Below, in pieces: positions 1 to 12,387 of a stretch of DNA of 64,000 nucleotides. The stretch's first letter is position 1. Every line of letters starts with the position of its first letter. Origin of the DNA: Pristiophorus japonicus (taxonomy: Eukaryota); the NCBI RefSeq assembly GCF_044704955.1, contig NC_091994.1, positions 25,606,001 through 25,670,000 on the forward strand. Direction: 5' to 3'. The notes beneath the pieces are model-generated. The model made no database searches. It was not told where the DNA came from and saw nothing but the letters and a program-made list of their open reading frames with translations. The translations under genes and the position numbers were made by a program.

Positions 1-412
1 CCCACTCATTCCCCAAATCCCTGCAATTTTTTCTCTTTCAAGTATTTATGTTTTGAAGGCCTCAATTGAATCTGCTTCCAGTTAGGATTTGGAATGGCAG
101 TGCATTCCAAATCCTAATCATTTGTTGCGTAAAGATGTATTTCCTCATGTCATTGCTGTTTTGCCAATCATCTTAAATCTGTGTCCTCTGGTTATTGACC
201 CTTGCCATTGAAAACAGTTTCTCTTTATTTATTTATTTTACCTACAACCGTCAGGATTTTAAACACCTCTATCAAACCTCCACTTAGTCTCATTTGCTCG
301 AAGGAGAATAACCACAGCTTCGCCAGTCTATCCAAGTAACTGTAATCCCTCATCCCTCGTACCATTCTAGCAAACCTCTTCTGTACTAGCTCCAAAGCCT
401 TTAAGTCTTTTC
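1..412 (-). mobile_element. Old CR1-type LINE 3' fragment
   Basis: Resembles the reverse complement of the CR1 ORF2 C-terminus/3'UTR (ggcagtgcattccaaatcctaa, cttaaatctgtgtcctctggtt); similar to 48592-48940. Confidence 0.75.
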
Positions 413-1490
413 ATAAGAAAATAAGAACATAGGAAATAGGAGCAGGAATAGGCAATTTGGCCCCTCGAGCCTGCTCCACCGTTCAATAAGATCATGGTTG
501 ATCTGATCCTGGACTCAGCTCCACTTCCCTGCCCGCTCCCTATAACCCTTCACTCCCTTATCACTCAAAAATCTGTTTATTTCCGCCTTAAATATATTCA
601 ATGACCCGGTCTTCACAGCTCTCTGGGGCAGAGAATTCCACAGATTTACAAACCACTGAGAGAAGAAATTCCTCCTCATCTCAGTTTTATATGGGCGGCC
701 CCTTATTCTATGACTATGTCCCCTAGTTTTAGTTTTCCCCATGCATTTACCTTGTTGAGCCCCCTCATTATCTTACATGTATCAAAAGATCATCTCTCAT
801 TCTTCTGAATTCCAATGAGTACAGGCCCAACCTGCTCAACCTATCTTCATATGTCAACCCCTTCATCTCAGGAATCAATCGAGTGAACCTTCTCTGAACT
901 GCCTCCAGAGAAGGAGGAGTATATCCCTCCTTAAATAAGACCAAAACTGTTATGTATGCTAATGTGTGTACTGTAACACTAGACCACTTAATGTGCCTTC
1001 ACACTGTATACACCATACCTGTACCACCAGCGAGTGCTACTGCACACTGCAGGTAACCAAGTATAAAAGGGAGCTCACCTCTTGGTGTCCTCACTCATGG
1101 AGCTGCAATAAACAGACTAAGGTCACTACAGTTCAAGTATTATACCCTTACCTCATGGAGTCATTATTAGAGTGCTTACATATACTACAAAAACTGTATG
1201 CTGTACTCCAGGTGTGGTCTCACCAATACCCTGTACGGTTGTAGCAGGACATCTCTGCTTTTATGCTCCATCCCCCTTGCAAAGGCCAACATTCCATTTG
1301 CCGTCCTGATTACTTGCTGTACCTGCATACTAACTTTTTTGTGTTTCATGCACAAGGATCCCCGGGTCCCTCTGTACTGCAGCATTTTATAATTTTTCTC
1401 CATTTAAATAATAATTTGCTTTTTTATTTTTTCTGACAAAGTGGATAACCTCACACTTTCCCACATTATACTCCATCTGCCAAATGTTTA
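413..1490 (-). mobile_element. CR1 LINE 3' fragment interrupted by a solo LTR
   Basis: Tail (cataagaa)n at 413; ORFs 515-742 (TRGHS..RRNFFSQ..VNLWNSLP) and 1185-1403 (QVQQVIR..ANGML..LVRPHLEY) match the CR1 RT C-terminus. Confidence 0.93.
948..1189 (+). mobile_element. Solo LTR (242 bp) with 5-bp TSD
   Basis: Begins TGT and ends ACA; flanked by aaaac at 943-947 and 1190-1194; internal TATAAAA (~1062) and AATAAA (~1107); CR1 sequence rejoins seamlessly when it is removed. Confidence 0.85.
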
Positions 1491-1496
1491 CCATTT

Positions 1497-1810
1497 GATG
1501 CCCAGAATTGGGCACAATACTCCAGCTGGGACCAAACGAATGTTTTTTATAGGCTTAGCATAACTTCTTGACTTTTGTCCTTGCGCCTCTATTTATAAAG
1601 CCCAGGATACCATATGCTTTATTAACTGCTTTGCTAATGTGTCCTACCATCTTCAAAGATTTGTGCATAAACACCCCCAGGTCTTTCCGCTCTTGTACCC
1701 CTTTTAAAAATTTTCATTCTTCCTACCAATATGTATCACCTCTCGCTTTTCTGCGTTGAATTTCATCTGCCATGTATCTGCCCATTCCAGCAGCCTGTTT
1801 ATATCCTCTT
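1497..1810 (-). mobile_element. Older CR1 RT fragment
   Basis: gcccagaattgggcacaatactccagctg is the reverse complement of the LEYCAQFW-type CR1 motif. Confidence 0.7.
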
Positions 1811-2594
1811 ATTTCATGTCTAACAGGTGCAAACCCAATGGTGACCACAAGCTGACACACAGTAACCACTGAACAAGAAAACCACGCAAAATTGATTCTC
1901 TTGCATCATCAGGACATGACCTGCAAGTTGGTGACCGCCTCCAGCAGTCCCTTATGGTTTTGTCAGCAGTGTGCCTGGGAAAACTGACCTCAGTATGCAC
2001 GCCACTTGCTGTCAACAGAACTGATAATGGGGAAAGAGGTACAAGGGGTGACTGGATCGATATTGCCCATTTTGCACTATTGCACAAAGTCAATAATTCG
2101 GTTGGAAAATACAAATTTTGGGAAAAGTTTAAAGTATAGGACTACAAAGTCCAGTTCACTTACAGTCAATACCATTTGAGGTCACCTCTGAAGAGTCCTG
2201 CTACTCTCCTCTCACTTCAACAAGATTTTAATTGGTTTGAATACAAGTCTAGATGCAAATGCTTGATATAAACAAAAACATAGTAAATATTAAAGTTTGT
2301 CATTGGTGGTGAAAGTGAAATGGTCAAGATGGGAATGGTGAATTTTTATGTTTGTCAAAGTGAAGGATATCACTATTGGGGAACAGAAATATTTTATACT
2401 TTGGAATCCCAGGACTTTAAAACCAGGTAAGATTACACACTTCAAAATGCAGTGTCAAGCTCAGTTTACTGTGCCCCATAAATCTTAGGCTAGCTCACAC
2501 AAACATCTCTCGTTTTGCCAGTGTGCATTTTTCTTTTTTCGAGTACCAGCCATCTTAGTGGGCTTTTTGAATGAATTGTTAATTTAACGCTAGT

Positions 2595-3003
2595 TAACGT
2601 CTCAATTTCAAAATTCTCATCCTTGTTTTCAAATCCCTCTATGGCCTTGTCCTCCCTATCTCTGTAATCTCCTCCAGCCCCACAACCCACCGAGATGACT
2701 GCGTCCCTCTAATTGTGCCCTCTTGAGCACAATTATAATCACTCAACCATTGGTGGCCATGCCTTCGGTTGCCTAGGCCCTAAGCTCTGGAATTCCCTGC
2801 CTAAACCTCTCCGCCTCTCTACCTCTCTTTCCTCCTTCAAGACGCTTCTTAAAACCTACCTCTTTGACCAAGCTTTTGCTCACCTGCCCTAATTTATTCT
2901 TATGCGGCTCAGTGTCAAATTCTTTGTCTCATAATACTCCTGTGAAGCACCTTGGGACATTTCACTACGTTAAAGTTGTTATATAAATACAAGTTGTTGT
3001 TGC
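2595..3003 (+). mobile_element. L2-type LINE 3' end
   Basis: Encodes FKILILVFKSLYGL..PYL..LWNSLP-like sequence; ends tataaatacaag(ttg)n; same family as 59222-59495. Confidence 0.8.
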
Positions 3004-4461
3004 TGTATTCATTTCCAGGCAATCTGGTGTTGGGAACTCAAGCTCAAGAGGAATTGGGGGAGCCTCACTTGTTGGTGGGGTGGAGGTCGATAGTGCCAAT
3101 ATATGGCCTTTCAAATTGTAATTTTAATGACTGGAAAGTTACGAGGGTCACAAAATCGAGCTTAATGTCCTCCAGACCTGGTTCTGTAATCTGCCTTTCC
3201 ATTGAGCGAGGTTCCCCGCCAGAAGCACAAACTGCTCGACCTTGTCCCTTTGTCATGACAGCTCCAAGCTCGACGCCGTTGGCCCAGAGGCAATGGTTAT
3301 ATACGAGAAATGCTAAAGGAGGGAAGAGGGCCGAAGCAGAATGGAATTCGCTGTGGAATCTCTTTAAATAAAAATGACTGAAATTAGATTGCAGAATTGG
3401 GTTGTGAAAGAAGCGGACACTTGGACGCTCTTTCCCCATTCTGTGATGTGCATGTGGATTGCATGTGCTTGCTTTCTAAACACGGCAGGAGACAATTAGC
3501 CCTAATATTTTTACACCACAGACCAATTAAAGATTATTAGGATCATGTTCATGCCCTCACATACACACACAGCAGGGCAACAGGGAGTAGAGCAATTCTA
3601 TTTAATAATCATTTTTGATGGAGTGAAAAAGGTTAGTATTGTCATATTCTCAGTGGAAAATGAAACCATTTAAGTGTCTGCAATATATTTCAAATTAGAT
3701 TCACTATCAATATTGTTACCTGCCTTATCAGATCAGATTTGATTAGAAAAAAATACCATGCCAATCAATATTTCAAATCAGTATGAGTTGTTTTGTTTCC
3801 AGAATGACTCATAAATACTGAACTATTGTTAAAGCTGCTAACTCCTGCTGCTGGCTTTCCTATTTCTAGGGAAAAGCAAAATCCTAAAAATATATTTTTT
3901 TCAATGTTCTCCCATCCGTGGCAAAGTATTTGCACTGTCAGTGGGCATTAACCGCATCACTTTGTGTGCTGGTGCAAGTGCCCTCTGTGTTTCCATTCCC
4001 CAATCCAGCCATTAGCTGGAATTCAAAGGTGAATTCATCGTTCATCCCACAAGCTGAACAAAATTCGCCTGTCATGCAGGACCTCCTTATTGGATGATGT
4101 TTGGTAGAATAATTTGACAGAACAGATTCTGGAGCTCCGCAGTTTTACAAACACCATCAGGCACTTGTCTACTGTAATTCTAAAGTATATGAAATATCCA
4201 TGATAAAAATGCTTTCAAATGTCACAAATAAAAATGGAATGCATAAATACACCAACATTGCATATCATGTTAGTCATACATTGATATCAAATATATTTAT
4301 TTATATATTACAATTTGTGTATAGCAAACACTGTGTATGTGGCTCACTTACCTCTGGCAGCACTTTCCCCATTACACTCTGTTAACATCGTTAATGTTAT
4401 AAAGCAGCGTATTCTCTCCCTCCCCATGGACAATGCCATAGGAATCTGCTAGCAATATATT

Positions 4462-5332
4462 GGGGGAGCAATTTGACTTTGGCGGTAGCACAAACCAGGA
4501 GGTGTTGCACCAGCCGCCTGTTACAGGCCCCGCTCAATATTTACTTCTATTCATAGAATCATAGAAATTTACAGCACGGAAGGAGGCCATTTTGACCCAT
4601 CGTGTCCGCGCCCGCCGGCCAAGAGTTATCCAGCCTAATCCTACTTTCCAGCTCTTGGTCCGTAGCCCTGTAGGTTACGGCACTTTAAGTGCACATCCAA
4701 GTATTTTTTAAATGGAGTGAGGATTTCTGCCTCTACCACCCTTCCAGGCAGTGAGTTCCAGACCCCCACCATCCCCCAGGTGAAGACATTTCCCCTCATA
4801 TCTCCTCTAAACCTCCTACCAATTACTTTAAATCTATGCCCCCTGACTGTTGACCCCTCTGCCAAGGGAAACAGGTCCTTCCTATCCACTCTATCCCAGG
4901 ACCCTCATAATCTTATACTCTTCAATAAGGTCTCCCCTCCTCTGTTCGAAAGAAAACAGACCCAGCATCTCCAATCTTTCCTCATAGCCAAAATTCTCCA
5001 GTCCAGGCAACATTCTTGTAAATCTCATCTGCACCCTTTCCAGTGCAATCACATCTTTCCTGTAATGTGGTGACCAGAACTACACACAGTACTCCAGCTG
5101 CGGCCTAACCAATGTTTTATACAGTTCAAGCATAACCTCCTTGCTCTTGTATTCCATGCCTCGACTAATAAAGGCAAGTATTCCACATGCCTACTGAACC
5201 ATCTTATCTACCTGGCCTGCTACCTTCAGGGATCTATTGCAGTCACTGGAACTGAATATTGGGCGGGGAGCATAATGGGCGGACAATGTGCTCCCGCGCG
5301 CTTTGTGGTACCGCCCAGACGCATTTCTACCC
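4462..5332. mobile_element. Palindromic MITE split by a CR1 insertion
   Basis: Left arm (ccgcctgttacaggccccgctcaatatt) is inverted relative to the right arm (aatattgggcggggagcataatgggcgg); uninterrupted relative at 20287-20474. Confidence 0.7.
4552..5232 (-). mobile_element. CR1 LINE 3' fragment
   Basis: Tail catagaatcatagaa; ORF 4641-4889 (RGHRFKV..VWNSLP); tctatt duplicated at 4546-4551 and 5233-5238. Confidence 0.9.
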
Positions 5333-6140
5333 TATTGAGTTTAAGAAGCCGTTATTGCACAACTCCACATCATATAATGCAAGGTAGAAGTAAAGATCCC
5401 AAATATTTAATGTTATCAGTATTTCACAGGTTAAAGCAGCCAGATGCTTATTAATAGTAGGTAATAATGTGTTATCAGTAGCTTGACATAATTCATTTTG
5501 GATTCTATATTCGCATGAGTTTGCTATAAAAAAAATAACTCTTTAAATGGATACAAGTTCTGAAAGTTAGATTTGAATTGCTAGAGCCTGGGTTTCATTC
5601 CCATGCTTCATTATTCTTTATCCATTGTATGCCTTTTAGACTGGGGCTTTCATGAACTGTGCAGGGAAGAAAACTATTCATAGGTTATTGCGACCCTGGA
5701 GGTGCACGCTCAGACCTACTCACAGTGTTATGCTGTAGTCAGAAAATGAGTAACATTGTTCACACAGAGCTAAAATGGCTGCCAGTCTGATCTTTTTGTC
5801 TTTGAAAAGATCAGGCTATAATGCAGATGGCAGTTTGATCAATTAATATAAAAGGTTTGAATTTACTGAGATTGACAGTATTGTAAATCTGACTTTTACT
5901 GCACACACCATACTTTTGACCACAGCACAATGATTACTTGATTTTTAGTTTCTAGGGGTCGTTCTGAGGGAAATGAATTATTTGAATGACCCATAGAATG
6001 ATTGATTGGTGGTAAACTACCTGATGAGGTTGTCAGCTATCGAATAAAAACAATACTGCACATTTTGTTTTGGAATTATTTTGTGCGGAAGACAGTGAAT
6101 CATCTTATAACTTGTTTATAATCACAGCAGAAAGATTGAA

Positions 6141-6840
6141 GTGCCAATTTAACTTTCCTCTACAATCCCCCCGCCCCCTCCCCCCCCCCGATCTGGTGGG
6201 AATATTGCGGGCACAGGTTAAAATAGCAGGGGATTCGTGGCACATTCCTGCCCCCCCACCATTTTAACCTGTCTGGACTCAGGCATGGGAAGGCCGCCCG
6301 CCCCAGAGGAGCAGGGACCTAATTTAAAATGGCAGAGTCGCGCCCTGAAGCGAGCACACCATATTAACCACAGTCTGACTAACGCTTGCACAGTCTCTGA
6401 CCCATCAGCAAAAGTTGGCAGAAGCATGGATCGGGTTATAGGAGACCCAGGTAAGTGATTTTAAAAAAAATTAAACTGTTCGTTGTGAGCCAGGAGGAGA
6501 TATCTTGGACCTCCCCTGCCCAAAGCTCCCCCCCCCACCCTCCTCCACTCCCCAATCATGGACTTGCTGACCCCGTCCCTAAAATCCTTACTTATCTTGC
6601 CAGGACCATCTGCGTGGTTCCTCTGCGACAGCCTAAGCCCTCACAAATCTTGACTCCCACTAGCTGGTTGTGACATTATTTTCACCGGCTTCTGGCAGGA
6701 ATCAATCTCGGGGCATATTAATAAGGCCCGGGAGTTAAAAATCTCCCAGGCCTCACACTCTGGTGGGAGAGGAGCCCACAATTTGCTGCCCCCTTCAGCC
6801 TTCCACACCCTGGATTCTAACCCCAAGGTAAAATTGGCCC
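6141..6840. mobile_element. Non-autonomous PIF/Harbinger-like element (MITE)
   Basis: Imperfect TIRs gtgccaatttaac ... gtaaaattggccc; GC-rich interior; no credible ORF. Confidence 0.6.
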
Positions 6841-6957
6841 TTAAAATGTTTAATATCAAACTTGTATATATAAATAGACTAAAAGAGTTTTAGTAACAGA
6901 TTCATTTTTCATTTATCATCAAGAAACTCGGAGAAATGGAACAAGGAGTGAAACAGA

Positions 6958-7640
6958 GGGGGCAAAATTGTGTTTTGCCCCACTTGGGGGCGGTAACCAT
7001 TGCGAGAAGGGTCTTCCTGCACCCGATGGGAAAGTCCCGTGCTGTGACCTAAATTCGGGTTACCGCCCCCAGCAGGAAGTGGAGCGCAATGTCGGGTGCT
7101 TTACTTCCCTCAGGGGCCAGGTCAGGGGCGCGAAGGGTGTGAAAGTCGGTGCACTACGTGGCCTCTCCGCATAGTGCTGAAGTGATCACAGGGCTCTCCC
7201 CTTCCGTCAAAGAGGAGGGCACGCTGCGAGCTATGCATGGGGTTGAGGGGCCTCCACTAGGCCACTGGGGATGCGGGGTGCTGTGGCCGCAAGCCTGGCA
7301 CTGAAGCGGAGTGCCGGGCTGCACCATCGCGGCATGGACCCTGCGGGAAAACTCACGGAGGCCAGACCGGTAAGTCAGAGGACAAAACAAAAGGGTGGCG
7401 TGCACCTCCCTTTTAAATTTTGCCCCGCGAGGGAAGTGTGGCTAGGTTCACGACCCGTGAGCCAGGGGCCGATGTTGGGTCACTGCACGGCGATGATGTC
7501 ATCGCCGGAGGCGCAGCGGCCCGGCGTGCTACCGGCGGGAGCGGGGCGCTACCGAATTTGCATCTCCGCTAACTCCCACGCAATTTCACGGGATCCTGGA
7601 GGCACTAGCGGGAGGCGCGCAGCAGGACAATTTTACCCCC
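6958..7640. mobile_element. Non-autonomous PIF/Harbinger-like element (MITE), CpG-rich
   Basis: TIRs gggggcaaaattg ... caattttaccccc; aga on both flanks (3-bp TSD). Confidence 0.8.
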
Positions 7641-8145
7641 AGAGAATGTGAAAGCCCGATAATACAATACTATGAAAACAATGTAGGAAGATTTCCTTTA
7701 TGAACAGTTGTAACAAAATCGTAAAACCATTTCTAAAAGTCCTTTCGATGGCAGTTGATCTGATCAGCTACACAAAGCAACCTTGATATCCAACATTTAA
7801 ACTCAACACCAAAACCATCATCTTTAGCGGCACAGAAAGGAAAAGCAAGAGTGGAAGATCGAACACTGGTAACGAGCCTTAAATTAGTGGAGGAAAATTT
7901 AGCAGCCTCCATTATAGGCGTGCAATCTTTCCTTTTCGGTTTGCCTCCCTGCGCTGAGAGGTGCTAAAAATTAAAATTTACTCCCTGTTTATGATTTTGC
8001 TATATACAACACGTCATCCCTTAATACTCCGATTAAATGCTTCCATTACACCACACTTGTTCCCTTGTACTTCTCTTCTATTTTGCCTATGATTTTCTAG
8101 TATGCTTCCCGCCCTCCGCCCCCCTCCCCTCCCCCACCATACCCC

Positions 8146-8500
8146 ACACACACACACACACACACATACACATACAGTTGGTGGGACTAGACCACAGAGA
8201 AAAATGGAAACAATTGTACCAATGTCTATGGTGGTTTCTCTCGTGTATGCAGGAAGAGTATTGATCTGAGGCAGTGCCATTAATGTTTCTTTTTCCCATT
8301 GTTCTTTTTATTTTTCCTCTATTTCTCTTTGCTCTTATTATTCATTAGTTTTAAGTCTCCAATTTCTAAAAGTCTCCTTTGTTCATTTTTCTGTGCCTCT
8401 CTTGTTTTTGCTCTCTGCTGCATCTCCACCGCTCCCTTTCTCTCTCTCTCTCTCTCTGCCTCTCCCTTTCCTGCTGTTTTTCTCCATCTCCCTCCCTCAG
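8146..8500. repeat. (CA)n microsatellite and long polypyrimidine/(CT)n tract
   Basis: (CA)n at ~8146-8170; pyrimidine-rich 8285-8500 including (CT)n. Confidence 0.9.
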
Positions 8501-9159
8501 CATCCTATTAGATTGCAGTGTGCTAGCCACATATTAATGGACCAATTACTGTATTAACAAAATCAAAATTTCCAGAATCATTGCTTATGATAGGACTCCT
8601 ATTGATTTCACTAGCTGCTTTTGTTTGTTTCTATCAGGTTTTAGCCATAGTTCTATTTTCACAACGGATGTTTGTGTAAACATCTTTTAGATGTATCACA
8701 CAAATGTAGTAACAGTGAAATGAGATTCCCTTCACAGCTATTTTCCTGCACGTAGCAGACAATCTAAATGATAGGAATGTTGCCACTAAACCACAGTGTA
8801 CTAATCAACTAAACTTATGATGAAACAGCAATTAGAGCAATTATACGTGGATGGATCTCATTTGAATGAACGAGACTGGCATGCATTTTTTAAATGGGGA
8901 GGTTAAACTTGTACAATTAAAGTCATATTGGAAATAAAATTTAATAGCTCAGTCTTTATAAATGAGATTACAATTTCATTATATCTGTACTTGATATACT
9001 GAGAAAATATTGAACTATTCACCATGATTTGGTTTTGGATCTTTTGCATAAGCACTACCTAGCTGCTAGTTATCCATCAGCAGAATCTCGTAACTGTTGC
9101 TTGAAAGTTATTCTAACCACTTCCTAAAGAGAGCCCCATCTTACCTCTGCATCGTCCTC

Positions 9160-9470
9160 CAGCTTAACTTCCCCTCTCACAACCTTCAGTTCCCCAACTG
9201 GCTTTTTGTGTATTGCCCTCCCTTTGGTGATATGAGCCTTCAGCCGCCTCAGTCTTACTGTCTGGATCTAACTACCTAAACCTCTCCGGCTCTTCACTTC
9301 TCTCGCCCGATTCAATGACCTTCTCAAAATCCATCTTTACAACCAAGCTTCAGTCAGCTCCTAACTCTTGCACTACAGTTTGTTATCTCTCCTTTATTCC
9401 CTTTTATTCTCGATGAAACCCTTAGGATGTTTCTTTTTACATTAAGGTGTTATAGAAACACAATTGTTGA
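9160..9470 (+). mobile_element. Degraded L2-type 3' end
   Basis: Diverged match to 2720-3003 (cctaaacctctcc, ttacattaaggtgttatagaaacacaattgttg). Confidence 0.6.
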
Positions 9471-9569
9471 GAAAAATGTATGATGATGTATAGCTATGCC
9501 ATTATATCACTAATCATGTTTGCCTTCAATTATCAGATGTATTATATTTTGCATAGTATAAATAAGAAC

Positions 9570-9828
9570 AATAGGTAAGAGCATAACTTTCAAATTAGAA
9601 CGAAGCAGTTCAAGGGTGATGTCAGGAAGCACTTCTTCACACAAAGGGTGGTGGAAATTCTTGTGCTTGCTCCCCCAAAAAGCAGTTGAAAATTGAAAAT
9701 TCCAAAACTGAGATTGATAGGTTTTTGTCAGGCAAGGATATTAAGGGTTATGGAACCAAGGTAGGTAGATGGAGTTAAGATGCAGATCAGCCAAGATCCA
9801 ATTGAATGGTGGAACAGGCTCGATGGGC
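9570..9828 (+). mobile_element. CR1 3' fragment
   Basis: aggaagcacttcttcacacaaagggtggtgg and gaatggtggaacaggctcga are CR1 3' motifs; the tail appears to resume at ~10127. Confidence 0.8.
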
Positions 9829-10124
9829 TGTTAGAAATCAGGGGTGTACAAAATGTATATGGTTATGCGACTAAAATTGTGTAGTGAAGAATACAGTGTT
9901 TAAATTGTAATGTTAAATTTGGAGCCAAAATGTCTCCTCAGACTAGTATTAGATGCTTAGAAATGCTAATGTTTTGGTAGCCTGCTGAGATATTATAGCA
10001 TTCTGCACTATGACAACCATTATCTGTTGTTTAAGTTAGCACTTCAATTTTGGATATGTATCTTTAAGATAATTTGTTATAGAAAGACTTAGGATGAATG
10101 GAAGTTGTTAGAGTTAATGTAAAC
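9829..10124. mobile_element. Possible LTR fragment inserted in a CR1 tail
   Basis: Starts tgttag, ends aaaca and interrupts the CR1 3'UTR; no TSD seen. Confidence 0.35.
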
Positions 10125-10708
10125 ATTTTCTACCTGTTCCTATATTTTTTTCCCAGATGAAAACTGCATTGCTATTGTTTATGCTGCCGCATTCTATATC
10201 TCTGTCTCCGCACGTAATTCCCCAGAAAGGCACCATGGCAGAATTTAAAGGGAGTTTCAAACAGGCTGTCCCTGACTATTCCAAGAAGTAGTTTCTTCAA
10301 AAAATCCTCAATATCAATGACAACTCTCCCTTAATCCGATAACCGAGTTAAAATAAATATGCTCTTTTAGGCAATGTTTGCCAGAGCATCTCTCAAGTCA
10401 ATATTTTTAACTGTTTTACATTTTCAAAATCCTTCTGCTTAATCCATTAACCCAATATTTAAAATGAATTTGAACAATAACCTTCCCAACACTGAAAAGA
10501 TGCACACAAAGGTCAAACTTATGGTGGAACACACCAAATAATTATATAGAAAAGGCACTGGAAAATTAGAGAGCAATTGCCTATCAATCACATGACTCAG
10601 TTACTTTATGCACAATCAGGGAACGTAATCTTCAAACTGTAAATAACCTGTGAGAAAGAGGGAGCTGAATGAACCAAATATTCTGCACTTGTTCATTATT
10701 CTCTTATT

Positions 10709-11355
10709 GGGGTTAAAATTAGTATGCAATGCACCTGTTTTACACCAGCAAAAAGGGGCACAAAGTGTCCCAATTTAATAATGGGATGGCCCAATCTGCA
10801 GTCGTGATCCCACTGCTAAATTTGTGTGGCCCTTTTTTTTTTAAGCATCCTGAGCAGATACCTAAAGCTGGCATTAGGCCCCTTGACTATGTTAAGGAGA
10901 GACTTAATGCCTGTTTATGGACCCCATTGCAAGATTAGTTATCGATGAGTGGGGCAGATATTGGACCTGCCCTGCTCAGGAACATTCAGCAACCCCTGTG
11001 GTCGCCAACTACAGGTAAATTTGTGTTTGTTTTTTATTAAACGTAAAATCCTTGTGGAGCCAGAAGGAGCAGGATTGCTCCTCAACTCCACAGGTGTCGT
11101 GATAGCACACCACCCCACCCCACCCCCACATCCCCCAAATCCCTCAGAGCCCACTCCAACTCTCCTCCAGAGACTTACCTGAGGGCCACTGCCAGCAAGG
11201 CAAATGGCCCTAAATTGCTTTTTGCCTTCGGGCGAGCTGCCTGTAGAGGCACGACCAGCACTAGCAGCTTGTTGGAAATGCAGTATGCAGATGAGGCCCG
11301 AGGACCATTTTCTATTGATGCTTGGGTCTCCTGGGCCCAAAGACATTTCTGCCCC
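10709..11355. mobile_element. Non-autonomous PIF/Harbinger-like element
   Basis: TIRs ggggttaaaatt ... catttctgcccc; att on both flanks (10706-10708, 11356-11358). Confidence 0.7.
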
Positions 11356-11689
11356 ATTAAGTCTGCAGCTGAAATGCAGAGGTTTATTGCTGCTGAGGAG
11401 GTGAATGCTTTTCACAGGATTTCTGGCAAGATTCCACAGTTATTAAATGATGAATAATAGAAAAATTCTCACAGCCTTAATGAAATATATGATAAATCAT
11501 TCATTATGCGTTATCCCTCATGAAGTGTTCATTTTATTACTACTTGTTAATGGACAAGAAAATTCAAGAGAAAGATGTAATTTTCTAAAATGGAAGGGGT
11601 GTCACTATTTAAAATGAGTTGTTGAGATACAAGTTCCATTAAGCTTACAGCTTTGTTTAATTCAAAGGCTAGAGTTAAGGAAGATACTT

Positions 11690-11978
11690 TTCTTCTTAGG
11701 CAGTCCCTCGTATCAAGGATGACTTGCTTCCACGCCAAAAAGGGTTGAGTTCACAGGTGTTTCAATGAAGGACCTAGTTTCCAGGTCCGAACTACATGTT
11801 GAAAGGTGGAAGATGCCCGTGCGTGGATTTTTTTTAAAAACATGTGGTGGCCGTTGCACCCCAGCCACCACACGGGCTTGACAGAGCTAGGTCTTGGTCC
11901 AGTGACAAGGATTAACCAAGACGACTGGAGACCAGCTCTGCTGCACGGACCTAGTGCACACACATATCGCAGTGTGGG
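11690..11978 (-). mobile_element. Short non-autonomous element with an RTE-type 3' tail
   Basis: Minus-strand 3' end gtggaagcaagtcatccttgatacgagggactgcct(aag)n matches the RTE tails at 31660-31710 and 34222-34270; upstream body is non-coding. Confidence 0.75.
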
Positions 11979-12387
11979 TTCTCGCCACAGATGTTGCCTG
12001 ACCTGCTGAGAGACTGTTTAGTGAACGTGGAATATTGGTTTTCAAAATGCTTCATTACCCAATCATTCATTTAGCCTTCACCAAGCTTCTCAAAGTCCTG
12101 CAATGATATGCAAATATTTACTTTGTCATTCTTCAACTTCCTGTAGTTTAATGACATTAAGTTTCTGTACCTGTACAACTTTTCTAAAAGAGTCAAAAGA
12201 TCCATATTTCTTTCTATAGTCACACCTGAGTTTCGCTTCCATTAAGATTTAATGGAATAAATTACAGCAACTTATCTTACTCTTCTAACTGATGATTAAA
12301 GATATTTTCTGCTACTGATCCTAGATGATCAAGTACAAACTTGCAATAAAGCAAAATCTATAATCCAAGAAAGACACCTATGCTTAC

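Noticed and set aside
1809-2139. Overlapping ORFs as a host exon
   Set aside because: No recognisable protein similarity or convincing splice-site pair.
7154-7651. GC-rich ORFs in MITEs (also 10939-11457, 49902-50204)
   Set aside because: Chance ORFs from low stop-codon frequency in GC-rich non-autonomous elements.
10158-10291. Exon after the acceptor-like ttttttcccag
   Set aside because: The pyrimidine tract appears to derive from a CR1 tail; frames are short and unrecognisable.
12060-12220. Next HELB-like exon (MDLLTLLEKL..NYRKLKN..ISLQDF)
   Set aside because: Only a vague resemblance and the PWKLGF-type motif is missing; cannot be supported without an alignment.
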